From Phycisphaerales bacterium (lineage in GTDB: Bacteria > Planctomycetota > Phycisphaerae > Phycisphaerales > SM1A02), in contig JBIKNS010000001.1 in assembly GCA_044358545.1 (NCBI GenBank), positions 1 to 50,105 on the forward strand: a DNA stretch of 50,105 nt, read 5' to 3'. The position numbers were made by a program, and so were the translations under genes. The notes under the pieces are model-generated. The model searched no databases, was not told the origin of the DNA, and was given only the letters and a program-made list of their open reading frames with translations. This document shows, one piece after another, positions 26,576-35,100 of this stretch. Each line of letters opens with the position of its first letter. Within the stretch, counting starts at the first letter, position 1.

Positions 26576-26653
26576 GTCCCCACGGTCTCGGTGACGCCCA
26601 GCTCCGCAGCCCACTAGGTCCCGACGGGCACTGCGACGCCCAGCTCTGCAGCC
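26573..26653. repeat. 42-bp tandem duplication (33 of 39 aligned positions identical) spanning the stop codon of the rhomboid-TPR gene
   Basis: Copy A, 26573..26611: taggtccccacggtctcggtgacgcccagctccgcagcc. Copy B, 26615..26653: taggtcccgacgggcactgcgacgcccagctctgcagcc. The period is 42 nt. On the minus strand this reads ...AAELGVAVPVGT-TAG-WAAELGVTETVGT-TAA, all in one frame. Confidence 0.75.
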
Positions 26654-27858
26654 AGCGCGCGTGCCTGCTCGCCATGTTCGCTGTCGCGCAGGCGGGGCAT
26701 CCAGTCCGTGAGGATTCGCGCGGCACGCTCGGGCTGCCCGAGCCTTCGCGCCATCACCGCGGCGGCGAGCAGCGCCGTCGTCGGCGCCTGCGTGCTGCGC
26801 GGGAACCGGTCGATCATGCGTGACCACGCATCCGCAGCCGCAGCCACGTCGCCGTGCGCGTGCAGCATCGCGCCCGCATCGAGGAGCGTGCGCTCGGAGA
26901 GCGGCGTGCGCGGGTCGATCGCAGCGAGCGCGCGCCATGACTCGCGCACCGCGCCTGCATCCGCTGCAGCGATCGCCGCATTGAGCCTCGATACTGCGGC
27001 CTGCCGCGCTGGATCCTCAGCGGCTGCGCTGGTCGTCGAGGCCTGCGCGCCGCGTGCCGCACCCCCAAGTCGCGTCGACACGACGCGTGCCGACGTGTCG
27101 GCGGATGCGCTCGCCCAAGGCCCACCTGCGGTACCACGCACGGCGGTGCGCATCGCCTGCCTTCGTCGCCACTGAGTCCACATCGCGAAGAGGTCCATCT
27201 CCGTGCGCGGCAGCACGCGGGTCGCCAGCAGAAGGATGGCCACGCCGAGTCCCCACGCGTAGCCCGCGAGGTGCGCCGCGTACGCCACTGGCTCCTTCGA
27301 GCGGCCCAGGAAGTTGAGTCCCTGATTCAGCGCATCAATCGCCACGTAGATACCCACGAAGAGAAGGCTCGGCACCTCGTAGATCCCGATGAGGAAGAAG
27401 ATCACGAGCACCCGCACCGTGCTCCTGGGGAAGAGCGCCGCGAAGGCGCCGGTGGCGCCTGCAACCGCGCCGCTTGCGCCGATCATGGGATTGCTCGACA
27501 CGGCCGTCTGGCCGAGTGCCGCGACCGCGCCACCTCCGAGATAGAACGCCGCAAACCACCATGACCCGATGCGGCCCTCGACCGAACGGCCAAAGACCCA
27601 CAGGAAGATCATGTTGAAGGCAACGTGCGCGATTGACGAGGGATCGTGCAGGAACTGGTAGGTGAGCGGCTGCCACCAGCGGAAGTCGCTGCGGGTCGCC
27701 GTGAACGCGCCCTTCACGAGCGCGGCCTCGGCCCAAGGGGCGCCGGACCTCAGGCCGATCGTGACCGCCGCATAGGACAGGGCAGTCACGAGGATGATCA
27801 GGAGGGTGGCTGCCGGCAGCCGCTTCGGATCCCGGTCGGAGCCCACGGGGATGAACAT
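26614..27858 (-). CDS. Rhomboid-family intramembrane serine protease with a C-terminal TPR-like domain
   Basis: Track ORF 26614..28377, trimmed to the ATG at 27858 (MFIPVGSDRD). The long 5' extension would run antisense through gltA. Rhomboid motifs are present: HVAFNMIFLWVFG, GASGAVAG (catalytic Ser) and AHLAGYAWG (catalytic His). The C-terminal 160 aa or so are alanine-rich TPR-like helices. Confidence 0.85.
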   Translation of the reverse strand: MFIPVGSDRDPKRLPAATLLIILVTALSYAAVTIGLRSGAPWAEAALVKGAFTATRSDFRWWQPLTYQFLHDPSSIAHVAFNMIFLWVFGRSVEGRIGSWWFAAFYLGGGAVAALGQTAVSSNPMIGASGAVAGATGAFAALFPRSTVRVLVIFFLIGIYEVPSLLFVGIYVAIDALNQGLNFLGRSKEPVAYAAHLAGYAWGLGVAILLLATRVLPRTEMDLFAMWTQWRRRQAMRTAVRGTAGGPWASASADTSARVVSTRLGGAARGAQASTTSAAAEDPARQAAVSRLNAAIAAADAGAVRESWRALAAIDPRTPLSERTLLDAGAMLHAHGDVAAAADAWSRMIDRFPRSTQAPTTALLAAAVMARRLGQPERAARILTDWMPRLRDSEHGEQARALAAELGVAVPVGT

Positions 27859-27943
27859 GATGTGCCTAGGATAGGAATCCCGGCTCACGCTATCGTGGAC
27901 GGTCTTCACAACACGACGAGTTCCCCCCGAGACGGATGATCCA

Positions 27944-29116
27944 ATGACCACTGCCGCCGCGCCCGTGACACCCTCCGCACCATCGCTGCCGTTCCGCGAC
28001 AAGGGACTTGCGAACACCGTGGCGGCCGAGACGCAGATGTCGTTCATCGACGGCGTCAAGGGCGTCCTCGAGTACGTCGGCATCGACATCGACTCGCTGG
28101 CGCGACAGTCGACGTTCGAGGAGACCGTGTTCCTGCTCTGGAACCGGCGCCTCCCCAAGGCCTCGGAGCTCGAGTCCTTCTGCGCATCGGTGCGCGCCGA
28201 GTACTCCGTCGACGATCGCGTGCACGAGATTGTGCGCGCGCTTCCGCGCTCGACGCCCCCGATGCACGCGCTGCGAAGTCTTGTGTCCTGCCTCGCCCAC
28301 TTCGACCGCGAGGCGGACGTGAACACCCCCGAGGCGAACCGCCGCAAGGCGCTCCGCCTGCTCGCGAAGACTCCCACGCTGATCGCGATGTTCGACCGTC
28401 ACCGCAAGGGCAAGCCTTTCATCGCGCCCGATGCGTCGATTGGCATCGCGCAGAACTTCCTGTGGATGCTCAACGGCGCGCGCCCCACGGAGGCGATGTC
28501 GCGCGCGCTGGACATCTGCCTGGTGCTGCACGCCGACCACGGCCTGAACGCATCGACATTCGCGGCACGCGTGACGATCGCGACGCTGTCGGACATGTAC
28601 TCGGCGATCACCACCGCAGTGGGCACGCTGAAGGGTCCGCTGCATGGCGGTGCGAACCAGGAAGTGATGGAGATGCTGCTCGAGATCGGCGACATCTCCA
28701 AGGTTGACGACTACATCATGGGAAAGCTCTCGCGCAAGGAGCTCGTGATGGGATTCGGGCACCGCGTCTACAAGGCCTATGACCCGCGCGCAGGGTTCCT
28801 CAAGACCTTCGCCAAGCAGGTCGCCGCAGACACGGGCAACATCAAGCTCTACGACATGAGCCGGCGCATCGAGGAGATCATGGCGCGCGAGGTCGCGGCC
28901 AAGGGCATCTACCCCAACGTCGACTTCTACTCGGCGACCACGTACTACTCGCTCGGCCTCGATCTTGACCTCTTCACCTGCATCTTCGCGATGAGCCGCG
29001 TGGGCGGGTGGGCGGGCCACTGCATCGAGCAGCTTGAGTCGAACCGCCTCATCCGGCCGCAGGCCGACTACGTCGGTCCGCACGGCGTGAAGTACGCGGC
29101 GATCGCGCAGCGCTGA
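27944..29116 (+). CDS. gltA: Citrate synthase
   Basis: 390 aa. Motifs: LKGPLHGGANQEVMEML, GFGHRVYKAYDPRA and a C-terminal NVDFYSA. Confidence 0.9.
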   Translation: MTTAAAPVTPSAPSLPFRDKGLANTVAAETQMSFIDGVKGVLEYVGIDIDSLARQSTFEETVFLLWNRRLPKASELESFCASVRAEYSVDDRVHEIVRALPRSTPPMHALRSLVSCLAHFDREADVNTPEANRRKALRLLAKTPTLIAMFDRHRKGKPFIAPDASIGIAQNFLWMLNGARPTEAMSRALDICLVLHADHGLNASTFAARVTIATLSDMYSAITTAVGTLKGPLHGGANQEVMEMLLEIGDISKVDDYIMGKLSRKELVMGFGHRVYKAYDPRAGFLKTFAKQVAADTGNIKLYDMSRRIEEIMAREVAAKGIYPNVDFYSATTYYSLGLDLDLFTCIFAMSRVGGWAGHCIEQLESNRLIRPQADYVGPHGVKYAAIAQR

Positions 29117-29131
29117 ACGGGACCGCGCCCG

Positions 29132-29872
29132 CTAGCGCGCCTCGACCACATCGCCCTCCCGCAGGAGCGGCAAGGGGCATGATGCGGCATCGAAGTCGTC
29201 GGGTGCGTGAATGAGCCTGATCTTCCGGCGCACGTGCTCAGGCTGCGCCAGCAGGTCTGAGACCGGCGTATGGAAGGGGGGCGGACTGGTCTCGTGCACG
29301 ATGATGCCGCACCCGGCGAGCCAGTCCACATGGGCCTGCTCGAAGCCGGTGTCACTGCTCCACCCGATGCTCGACTCCCCATCGCGGAGGCGAAGCCCGA
29401 AGGTGGGGATCATGTGCGTGGTCTGGCGGCAGTCAACGTCGAGACCCGCGATGGTTGAGGGCTTCAAGGGGTCGAGCAGCCGGGGCTCGAAGTACTCATC
29501 AAGCGTGACGGTGCCTCCCTGGTCCATGGCAGGGGCCAGACGCTGCCACAGTCTCTCCATCACAGGGGGTGCGGCATGCACACGCGGTCTTGGTCGCGCA
29601 GGCTCCTGCCGCCGCAGGAGCCAATGCGTGAACCCGAACGCCTCCAGCCCGTTCACGTGATCGCCATGGAGGTGCGTGATGATCACGTCGAGGACGGACG
29701 GCACATCAAGCGGGAGCCCCGACTTCTCGCGCGCCTCGCGGAGCGCGCGGTGAATGGGATCCGGGCAGTCGATGAGCACGTGGCCCAGAGGACCTAGCAC
29801 CACGGCGGAACTGCCATAGTGCTGCGAGGAGAATGCATCCCCGCTACCGGTAATGACGATTCGCAGCGCCAC
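29132..29872 (-). CDS. MBL-fold metallo-hydrolase
   Basis: Track ORF 29132..30712 is heavily over-extended, running antisense to the next operon. The conserved part starts at VALRIVITGSGDAF (GTG at 29872), and an alternative ATG lies at 29974. The HxHxDH motif reads ITHLHGDHVNG. The exact start is uncertain. Confidence 0.65.
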   Translation of the reverse strand: MALRIVITGSGDAFSSQHYGSSAVVLGPLGHVLIDCPDPIHRALREAREKSGLPLDVPSVLDVIITHLHGDHVNGLEAFGFTHWLLRRQEPARPRPRVHAAPPVMERLWQRLAPAMDQGGTVTLDEYFEPRLLDPLKPSTIAGLDVDCRQTTHMIPTFGLRLRDGESSIGWSSDTGFEQAHVDWLAGCGIIVHETSPPPFHTPVSDLLAQPEHVRRKIRLIHAPDDFDAASCPLPLLREGDVVEAR

Positions 29873-29921
29873 GGGGCGGAGACTATGCGACCCAAGGCAG
29901 GGAGGAGATCCCGCAGCGAGT

Positions 29922-29935
29922 GGATCCGCGGATCC
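29922..29935. promoter_or_regulatory. Perfect 14-bp palindrome GGATCCGCGGATCC in the divergent intergenic region upstream of the barrel/giant/cyclase operon; candidate operator
   Basis: Read directly from the sequence; the reverse complement is identical. It sits about 40 nt upstream of the proposed start at 29975. It overlaps a GG-N10-GC arrangement (GG at 29930-31, TTGC at 29940-43). Confidence 0.3.
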
Positions 29936-29939
29936 GCGT

Positions 29940-29968
29940 TTGCCTAACCACTTGCCAGACGGGATACT
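29940..29968 (+). promoter_or_regulatory. Sigma-70-like promoter candidate: TTGCCT, 17-nt spacer, GATACT
   Basis: TTGCCT lies at 29940..29945, followed by a 17-nt spacer and GATACT at 29963..29968. The predicted TSS falls at about 29975, which coincides with the GTG start and would imply a leaderless or very short leader mRNA. This is a motif match only. Confidence 0.2.
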
Positions 29969-29974
29969 GCGCAT

Positions 29975-31492
29975 GTGCAGGGAGCGCCCCGCGCGACACG
30001 TCGGAGGCGGAGAGTGGTGGCGGCAGCTTCGGTGGCCGCGGGCTGTGTCGTCAAGGTTGCGTCCGGTCAGGGCACGGGCTTCGATGCGGCCCAGCTCCAG
30101 AGGCAGCTGAACGTTGAGGACGCCGAGCTGAGGCAGGCCTTCTTCTCCTCGACCCCGATTGCCGAGCGGCTGCTCGTCGACTACGGCGGGACGTTCCGTT
30201 ACGCCTTCAACATCATCCAGACGCCGCAGAGCCAGAACCAGATCCTGAATGTCTTCGACCTCCGTCTCTTCACGCGCGTGGAGCTTGACGGTGGCCACCG
30301 GTTCTTCGGGCGACTTCGCTTCCAGTACAACGCGTGGGACTACCTCGACACGCGGGGCATCGGCGTCGACTCGACCGAGGCTGACTGGCAGGACCCGATC
30401 GGCGAGATCTACTGGTACGAGTTCGACTACGCGGGACTGATGGCGGCGCAGACCGGGCAGCGTCCTGACTTCAACGTGAACCTCAAGGTCGGACGCCAGT
30501 ACGTGATCTGGGGGCAGGGGCTTTCGCTCAGCACCTACATGTACGCGCTGATGGGCGAGGTGAGCGCTGGCGACTGGAAGGTGGGTGCGCTCTACGGCGT
30601 GACCGCGGGCTCCGACACCGTGGACTGGGATCTCTCGAGGCCCGGATTCGACACCGACACGGACCGGATGTACTGGGGGGCGCGCCTGGAGTACTCGGGC
30701 TTCGCCGGGCACCGGCCCTACGTCTACATGCTCGGTCAGTCCGACGGGAATGCAGGTCAGGTGGCCGACCTTCCGCCCGGTCTGGGGACCTTCCCGACCG
30801 AGTTCAACTACCGCTCCTACTACGCGGGATTCGGGTCCACGGGATCGCTAGGCAGCAACTTCATCTACCGGGGCGAAGTGGTGTACGAGTGGGGAGCCAC
30901 CGAGACGGACCCAGTGGATCGCAACGACCCGACGCTCGCCGTGCCCCAGGAGATGGCGAGCGTGTCCGCGCTTGCGGGTCTCGCGGGTCTGACGTGGCTG
31001 ACGCGGGACACTGGCGACACGCGTGTGGACATCCAGGCAGCGATCGGTTCGGGCGACGACAACCGACTGGATTCGGGAAACACGTTCGGCGGAATCCCGC
31101 CCGGTCGCACGGACCATGCATTCAACTCGCTCGGATACGTTAACACCGGTCTCGTGCTTGCCCCGGAGATCACGAACCTCTTTTGCCCGTCGATCGGTGT
31201 CAGTACGACGCCATTCCCGGGTGTCGCGGAGCTTCGGCAGCTGCGCGTCGGCGCGACCATGTTCGGGTTCATGAAGGTCGATGGCGACGCGCCAATCTCG
31301 GTCCTCACTACGAACGGAACGAACCTTGTGGGTTCGGAGATCGACCTGAGCCTGGAGTGGCGCCTCCTGAGCGACCTCGACGTCAATCTGAGGTACGGTG
31401 CGTTCATACCCAATCAAGCGGCCTTCGCGGGACTCAACAACCAGGACAACATCCGTCAGTTCCTGTACGTGGGGGTGACGTATGCGTTCTGA
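29975..31492 (+). CDS. Outer-membrane beta-barrel protein, alginate-export (AlgE)-like family
   Basis: 505 aa. The N-terminus has an Arg-rich n-region and hydrophobic core (RRRRRVVAAASVAAGCVVKVASG). Amphipathic beta-strand patterning alternates throughout. A segment LKVGRQYVIWGQGLSLS resembles the Alginate_exp signature as I recall it. The protein ends VGVTYAF, the aromatic C-terminal residue typical of BAM substrates. Confidence 0.6.
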   Translation: MQGAPRATRRRRRVVAAASVAAGCVVKVASGQGTGFDAAQLQRQLNVEDAELRQAFFSSTPIAERLLVDYGGTFRYAFNIIQTPQSQNQILNVFDLRLFTRVELDGGHRFFGRLRFQYNAWDYLDTRGIGVDSTEADWQDPIGEIYWYEFDYAGLMAAQTGQRPDFNVNLKVGRQYVIWGQGLSLSTYMYALMGEVSAGDWKVGALYGVTAGSDTVDWDLSRPGFDTDTDRMYWGARLEYSGFAGHRPYVYMLGQSDGNAGQVADLPPGLGTFPTEFNYRSYYAGFGSTGSLGSNFIYRGEVVYEWGATETDPVDRNDPTLAVPQEMASVSALAGLAGLTWLTRDTGDTRVDIQAAIGSGDDNRLDSGNTFGGIPPGRTDHAFNSLGYVNTGLVLAPEITNLFCPSIGVSTTPFPGVAELRQLRVGATMFGFMKVDGDAPISVLTTNGTNLVGSEIDLSLEWRLLSDLDVNLRYGAFIPNQAAFAGLNNQDNIRQFLYVGVTYAF

Positions 31493-32147
31493 GGTACGCA
31501 CCGCCTGGACGATCCGATGTCGCGCGCAATGCGTCGCGGCCCTCTTTCTCTCCGGTTGTGTGGTGCTCGTCGGTGCGGGGTGCGATCGGCAACTCGCGCA
31601 GACCTCCGTCACGGACCGTTTCCCCCTACCGGAGCAGGAGCTCGACCATGCGGAGACCCTTGAGTCGACCGCCGTGGTGACGAACAACGACATGCTTCAC
31701 GGGTTCATCGTGTTCACCAGCTCGGAGGATCCGTGGACGACCTACGCGCAGCGGGTCCTTGACGCCCGATCAAGGGGATGGGTCCCTGAGGACTGGCGAG
31801 AGCCCGCGAACGAAAGCGCGACGGTGGGCCGGATGGCATCGATCGCCTCGCATATCGTCGAGATCAGGGGTGGGCTCTCGTTTATGATTCTCGGACCTAC
31901 CCCCCGATATGCCCTCCGCGAACTCATTTATCAGGACATTCTTCCGGCCCGAACCGAGAACCAGTCACTATCTGGGTTGGAGTTCACGGATTTCTTGAAC
32001 CGGCTCAGCAGAATGTCACGGTTGAAGGAGAGCGCGGCTGCGCGGGCAGCGTCCCGCGACAGCGCCGTGCCCCGTCCGCCATCGCTTCCGCCCTCGGGAA
32101 GGTCCGAACCGCCCTCGACAGACTCGACAGAAAAGACCTCGACATGA
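31482..32147 (+). CDS. Small lipoprotein of unknown function with a Ser/Pro-rich tail
   Basis: 221 aa. The N-terminus carries a lipobox (ALFLSGC). I recognise no domain. Its start overlaps the barrel gene by 11 nt, and its stop overlaps the giant gene's start (ATGA). The second half has visibly lower GC than its surroundings. Confidence 0.55.
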   Translation: MRSEVRTAWTIRCRAQCVAALFLSGCVVLVGAGCDRQLAQTSVTDRFPLPEQELDHAETLESTAVVTNNDMLHGFIVFTSSEDPWTTYAQRVLDARSRGWVPEDWREPANESATVGRMASIASHIVEIRGGLSFMILGPTPRYALRELIYQDILPARTENQSLSGLEFTDFLNRLSRMSRLKESAAARAASRDSAVPRPPSLPPSGRSEPPSTDSTEKTST

Positions 32148-35100
32148 GCAATCCGCAGAGCCACAGATTCATCGCGACCGCCTCAATGGCCGTCGCGTCG
32201 CTCACCATGCGTGTGGCCGAGTGTGCGTTGGCGCAGGAGACGTCGCCTGCCGATGCAGTGGCCGCAGCTGCGGCACCTGCGGGCACGGTTGTGCCCTCGG
32301 CCAACGCGACGCAGCTCCAGGCTCGCGTCATCGATGTGTCAGGCAAGGCGCGTTGGCGCGCGTCGCCGGATGGGGAGTGGAAGGATGCGGCGGTCAATGA
32401 CGACCTGTCGCCGGGTGCGGAGATTCGCACTGGCATGCGGTCGCGCGTGACGCTTCGCTTCCGCAACGCGACGGTGCTTGTCGACTCGAGCACGAACTTC
32501 GCGATTCCCACGATCGAGCAGGAAGGCGATGTGCTTCGCACGATTGCTGCCGTGCGCAGCGGACGCGCCGACTTCAAGGTTGACAAGGTCGGTCTGCAAA
32601 ACGACTTCAAGGTCGTGACGCCAAGCACGACGCTCGCTGTACGCGGAACGTCCTTCTCCACCATCTCGGGTCCGCTCAAGGGTGTCGAGATCGTGGGCTC
32701 GCGCGACAACGCGATCCGCGCGATCGAGGTGCGCTACGCCGCGCTCAACCAGACGGTCGAGATGTCTGGTGGCGCTGAGGCCAAGAGCAGCTCCGAGACG
32801 CCCAATCCCACCGAGAACGCGCTCAGTACGACATTCAATGCGCCGCAGTCTGGCATGGTGGCCAGCAAGGAGGAGGCGCAGCAGGGAGCGCTGAGCGGCA
32901 CGAGTGCCCCACAGACCCAGCGCCAGTCGACCACGACAGTCGCGGCGGTGGCGCAAGTCAGGCAGGACATCAACGCGGCTGAGCGTGGCGAGAGCGGCGG
33001 CAGCAGCAACCTGGCGCTCCTGATCGACATTGCGCGTGCGGCCGGGTTCCGTGGTGTGGCACAGGACGCGGGCGCGCTGCAGGCTCAGTCGCTGCAGGAT
33101 GTGCTGAATGCGGCACTTCAGGCGCAGGACCGTTTCGACGAGGCGACGGTAGCTGCGGATGGATTCGAGTCTGCGCGTGACGCAGCGATTGATGCGCTGG
33201 GGCAAGCGGATTCCGCGATGCAGGCGGCGCTCGCGTCGGCAGGCCTGGCGGTGTCCGGATCGCAGGCCGTGCGCAGCGAAGGTGCGTCTGCGCTCTCCGC
33301 CTTTGCGGCCCGCGAGGGATCTTCGGCGATCGCCGCACGCGTGTCCGCGGCGGGCGCGGCGGCACAGGCTGGATCAGGAGCCGCGGGCGAGGCCAGCGCG
33401 CACGTCGGGGGTGCGCAGTTGCGTGTGGCGGATGCGACGGCGCTCGCCGCTCCCTTGGCGGGACTGTCTGATGAGTTCAATCTGGCGCGCAGCGCGCTTG
33501 AGGCGGCCCGCGCAGCTATCGCTGGCCATACGGCAGATGTCGAGCAACTCCGGAGCGTGGCGCAGGCGGCGAGCGAGGCCGCGCAGGCGCTTGCGGCGGG
33601 TCGGAGCGTGCCGCAACTGACGCAGTCGGCGCTGCTTGCAGCGCAGGCGGCGGTTGAGGCTGCGCAGCGATTCGTGGAGGCCGGGACGGCCCGAGACCAG
33701 GCAGAGGGACTCGCAGCGGCAGCCCTCGAGCGTGCCCAGGAAATCGTCCGTACCGCGCTTGTGCAGGAGATCGAGGCTGCGAACTCCGCGCTCGCGTCCA
33801 CGGCGTCGGCAGTGTCTGCCGCAGTGAGCGCATCAGGGCAGGGTGAGGATGGGGCAGCGCTGCTCGACAGTGCGGTGAACGCCTTGCTTCAGGCCGAATC
33901 GGGCGAGCAGGGCGCGACACTCGCGGCCAGTGCGGCGTCCGATGCGAAGAACGCGGCCGAAGGCCGACGTCTTGCGGCGCAGTCTCAAGCTGATGTTGCG
34001 CGAAACCTCGGTGATCTGGTGAGCACCGAGCGTGCGTCTGCGCTGGTGGAGATGCAGAACGCGCTCGCCGCGCTGGAGCTGACGAGGGTGCACGCAGAGG
34101 CGACCTCCGAGTACGTACGAGCTGTTGACGAGGCGCTCACGCAGCCAACGCCCGATCTCGGGGCGGCGGGCACGGCCGCGACGCAGGCACTCGCGCAGGC
34201 AGATCTCGCGCAGGTCGAGTCGGGGTCGGCGACTCAAGCCGCGGGGCGCGCGGATGCGGCGGCCACTGTGGCGGGGGCGATTGCCGGATCCGAGGAGTTC
34301 ACCGGCTCCGAGTCCCTGTACGGCGATCTTGTGGATGCGATTGCAGGCGATGTCGCGGATGCGGGCGAGGCGCGCGATGATGCGTCCGCATCGGCATCGA
34401 CCGCAGCATCAGGCGCATCGGGAGCGGTGTCGCTGGCGGATCAGCTGGAGGCGGCATTCGGCTCGAGTGCACGCGACGCGGTGGCGCTTGCCGAGCGGCT
34501 GGGGCAGGATGCGGCGCAGCGCGCCTCGCAGGCCCAGCAGGCCTACGAGGATGCGCAACGCGCGTACGACGATGCGCTTTCCGCAGGACGTAGCTCCGCG
34601 CAGGTGACGGTGTGGGCCGCAGTGCGTGCGCTCGCCGCGCAGGCCCGGCAGGACGCTGACAAGGCGCTGGCTGATGCGCAGGTCGCACGAGACCTCGCGG
34701 CGGCTGCAGTTGAGCAGGCGCAGCAGGCCGACGAGCGGGTGGCCGTTGCGACTGGATCGTCCTTCGCTGCTGCGGCGCAGAACGCGGGCGCAGGGCAGCT
34801 GGTCCCGCTGCAGTCTGTGCTCGCGCTCGCTGAGGAGGCGCACGGGCACTTCGAGCAGTTGAGCACGGCCGCCGATGACTTTGCCTCGCTTCGATCGACC
34901 GCAGAAGATGCGCTCGCTGCGGCGCGTGCAGCGCTCGATGCGGCTGAGCAGGGTGCCCTCGATGCGCAGTCCGCGAACGAGGGTGTGAGCGACAGCGCGC
35001 GTGCGGCATTCCGTGCATTCGCATCAGGCGAGGCCGATGCATCCGTACGTGGTCACGTGTCTGCGGCCGCCGCTGATGGCAGTGCTGCCGCCGCGGCGGC

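Noticed and set aside
27859-28377. 5' extension of the rhomboid ORF (track start 28377). Similar over-extended starts occur at 8927 (greA), 16524 (lptG-like), 30712 (MBL hydrolase), 24075 (ECF sigma), 46353 (FG-GAP) and 46254 (protease).
   Set aside because: The extensions overlap well-supported genes on the other strand or the preceding gene. They lack family similarity and precede internal starts that give proper N-termini, such as a signal peptide or conserved first residues.
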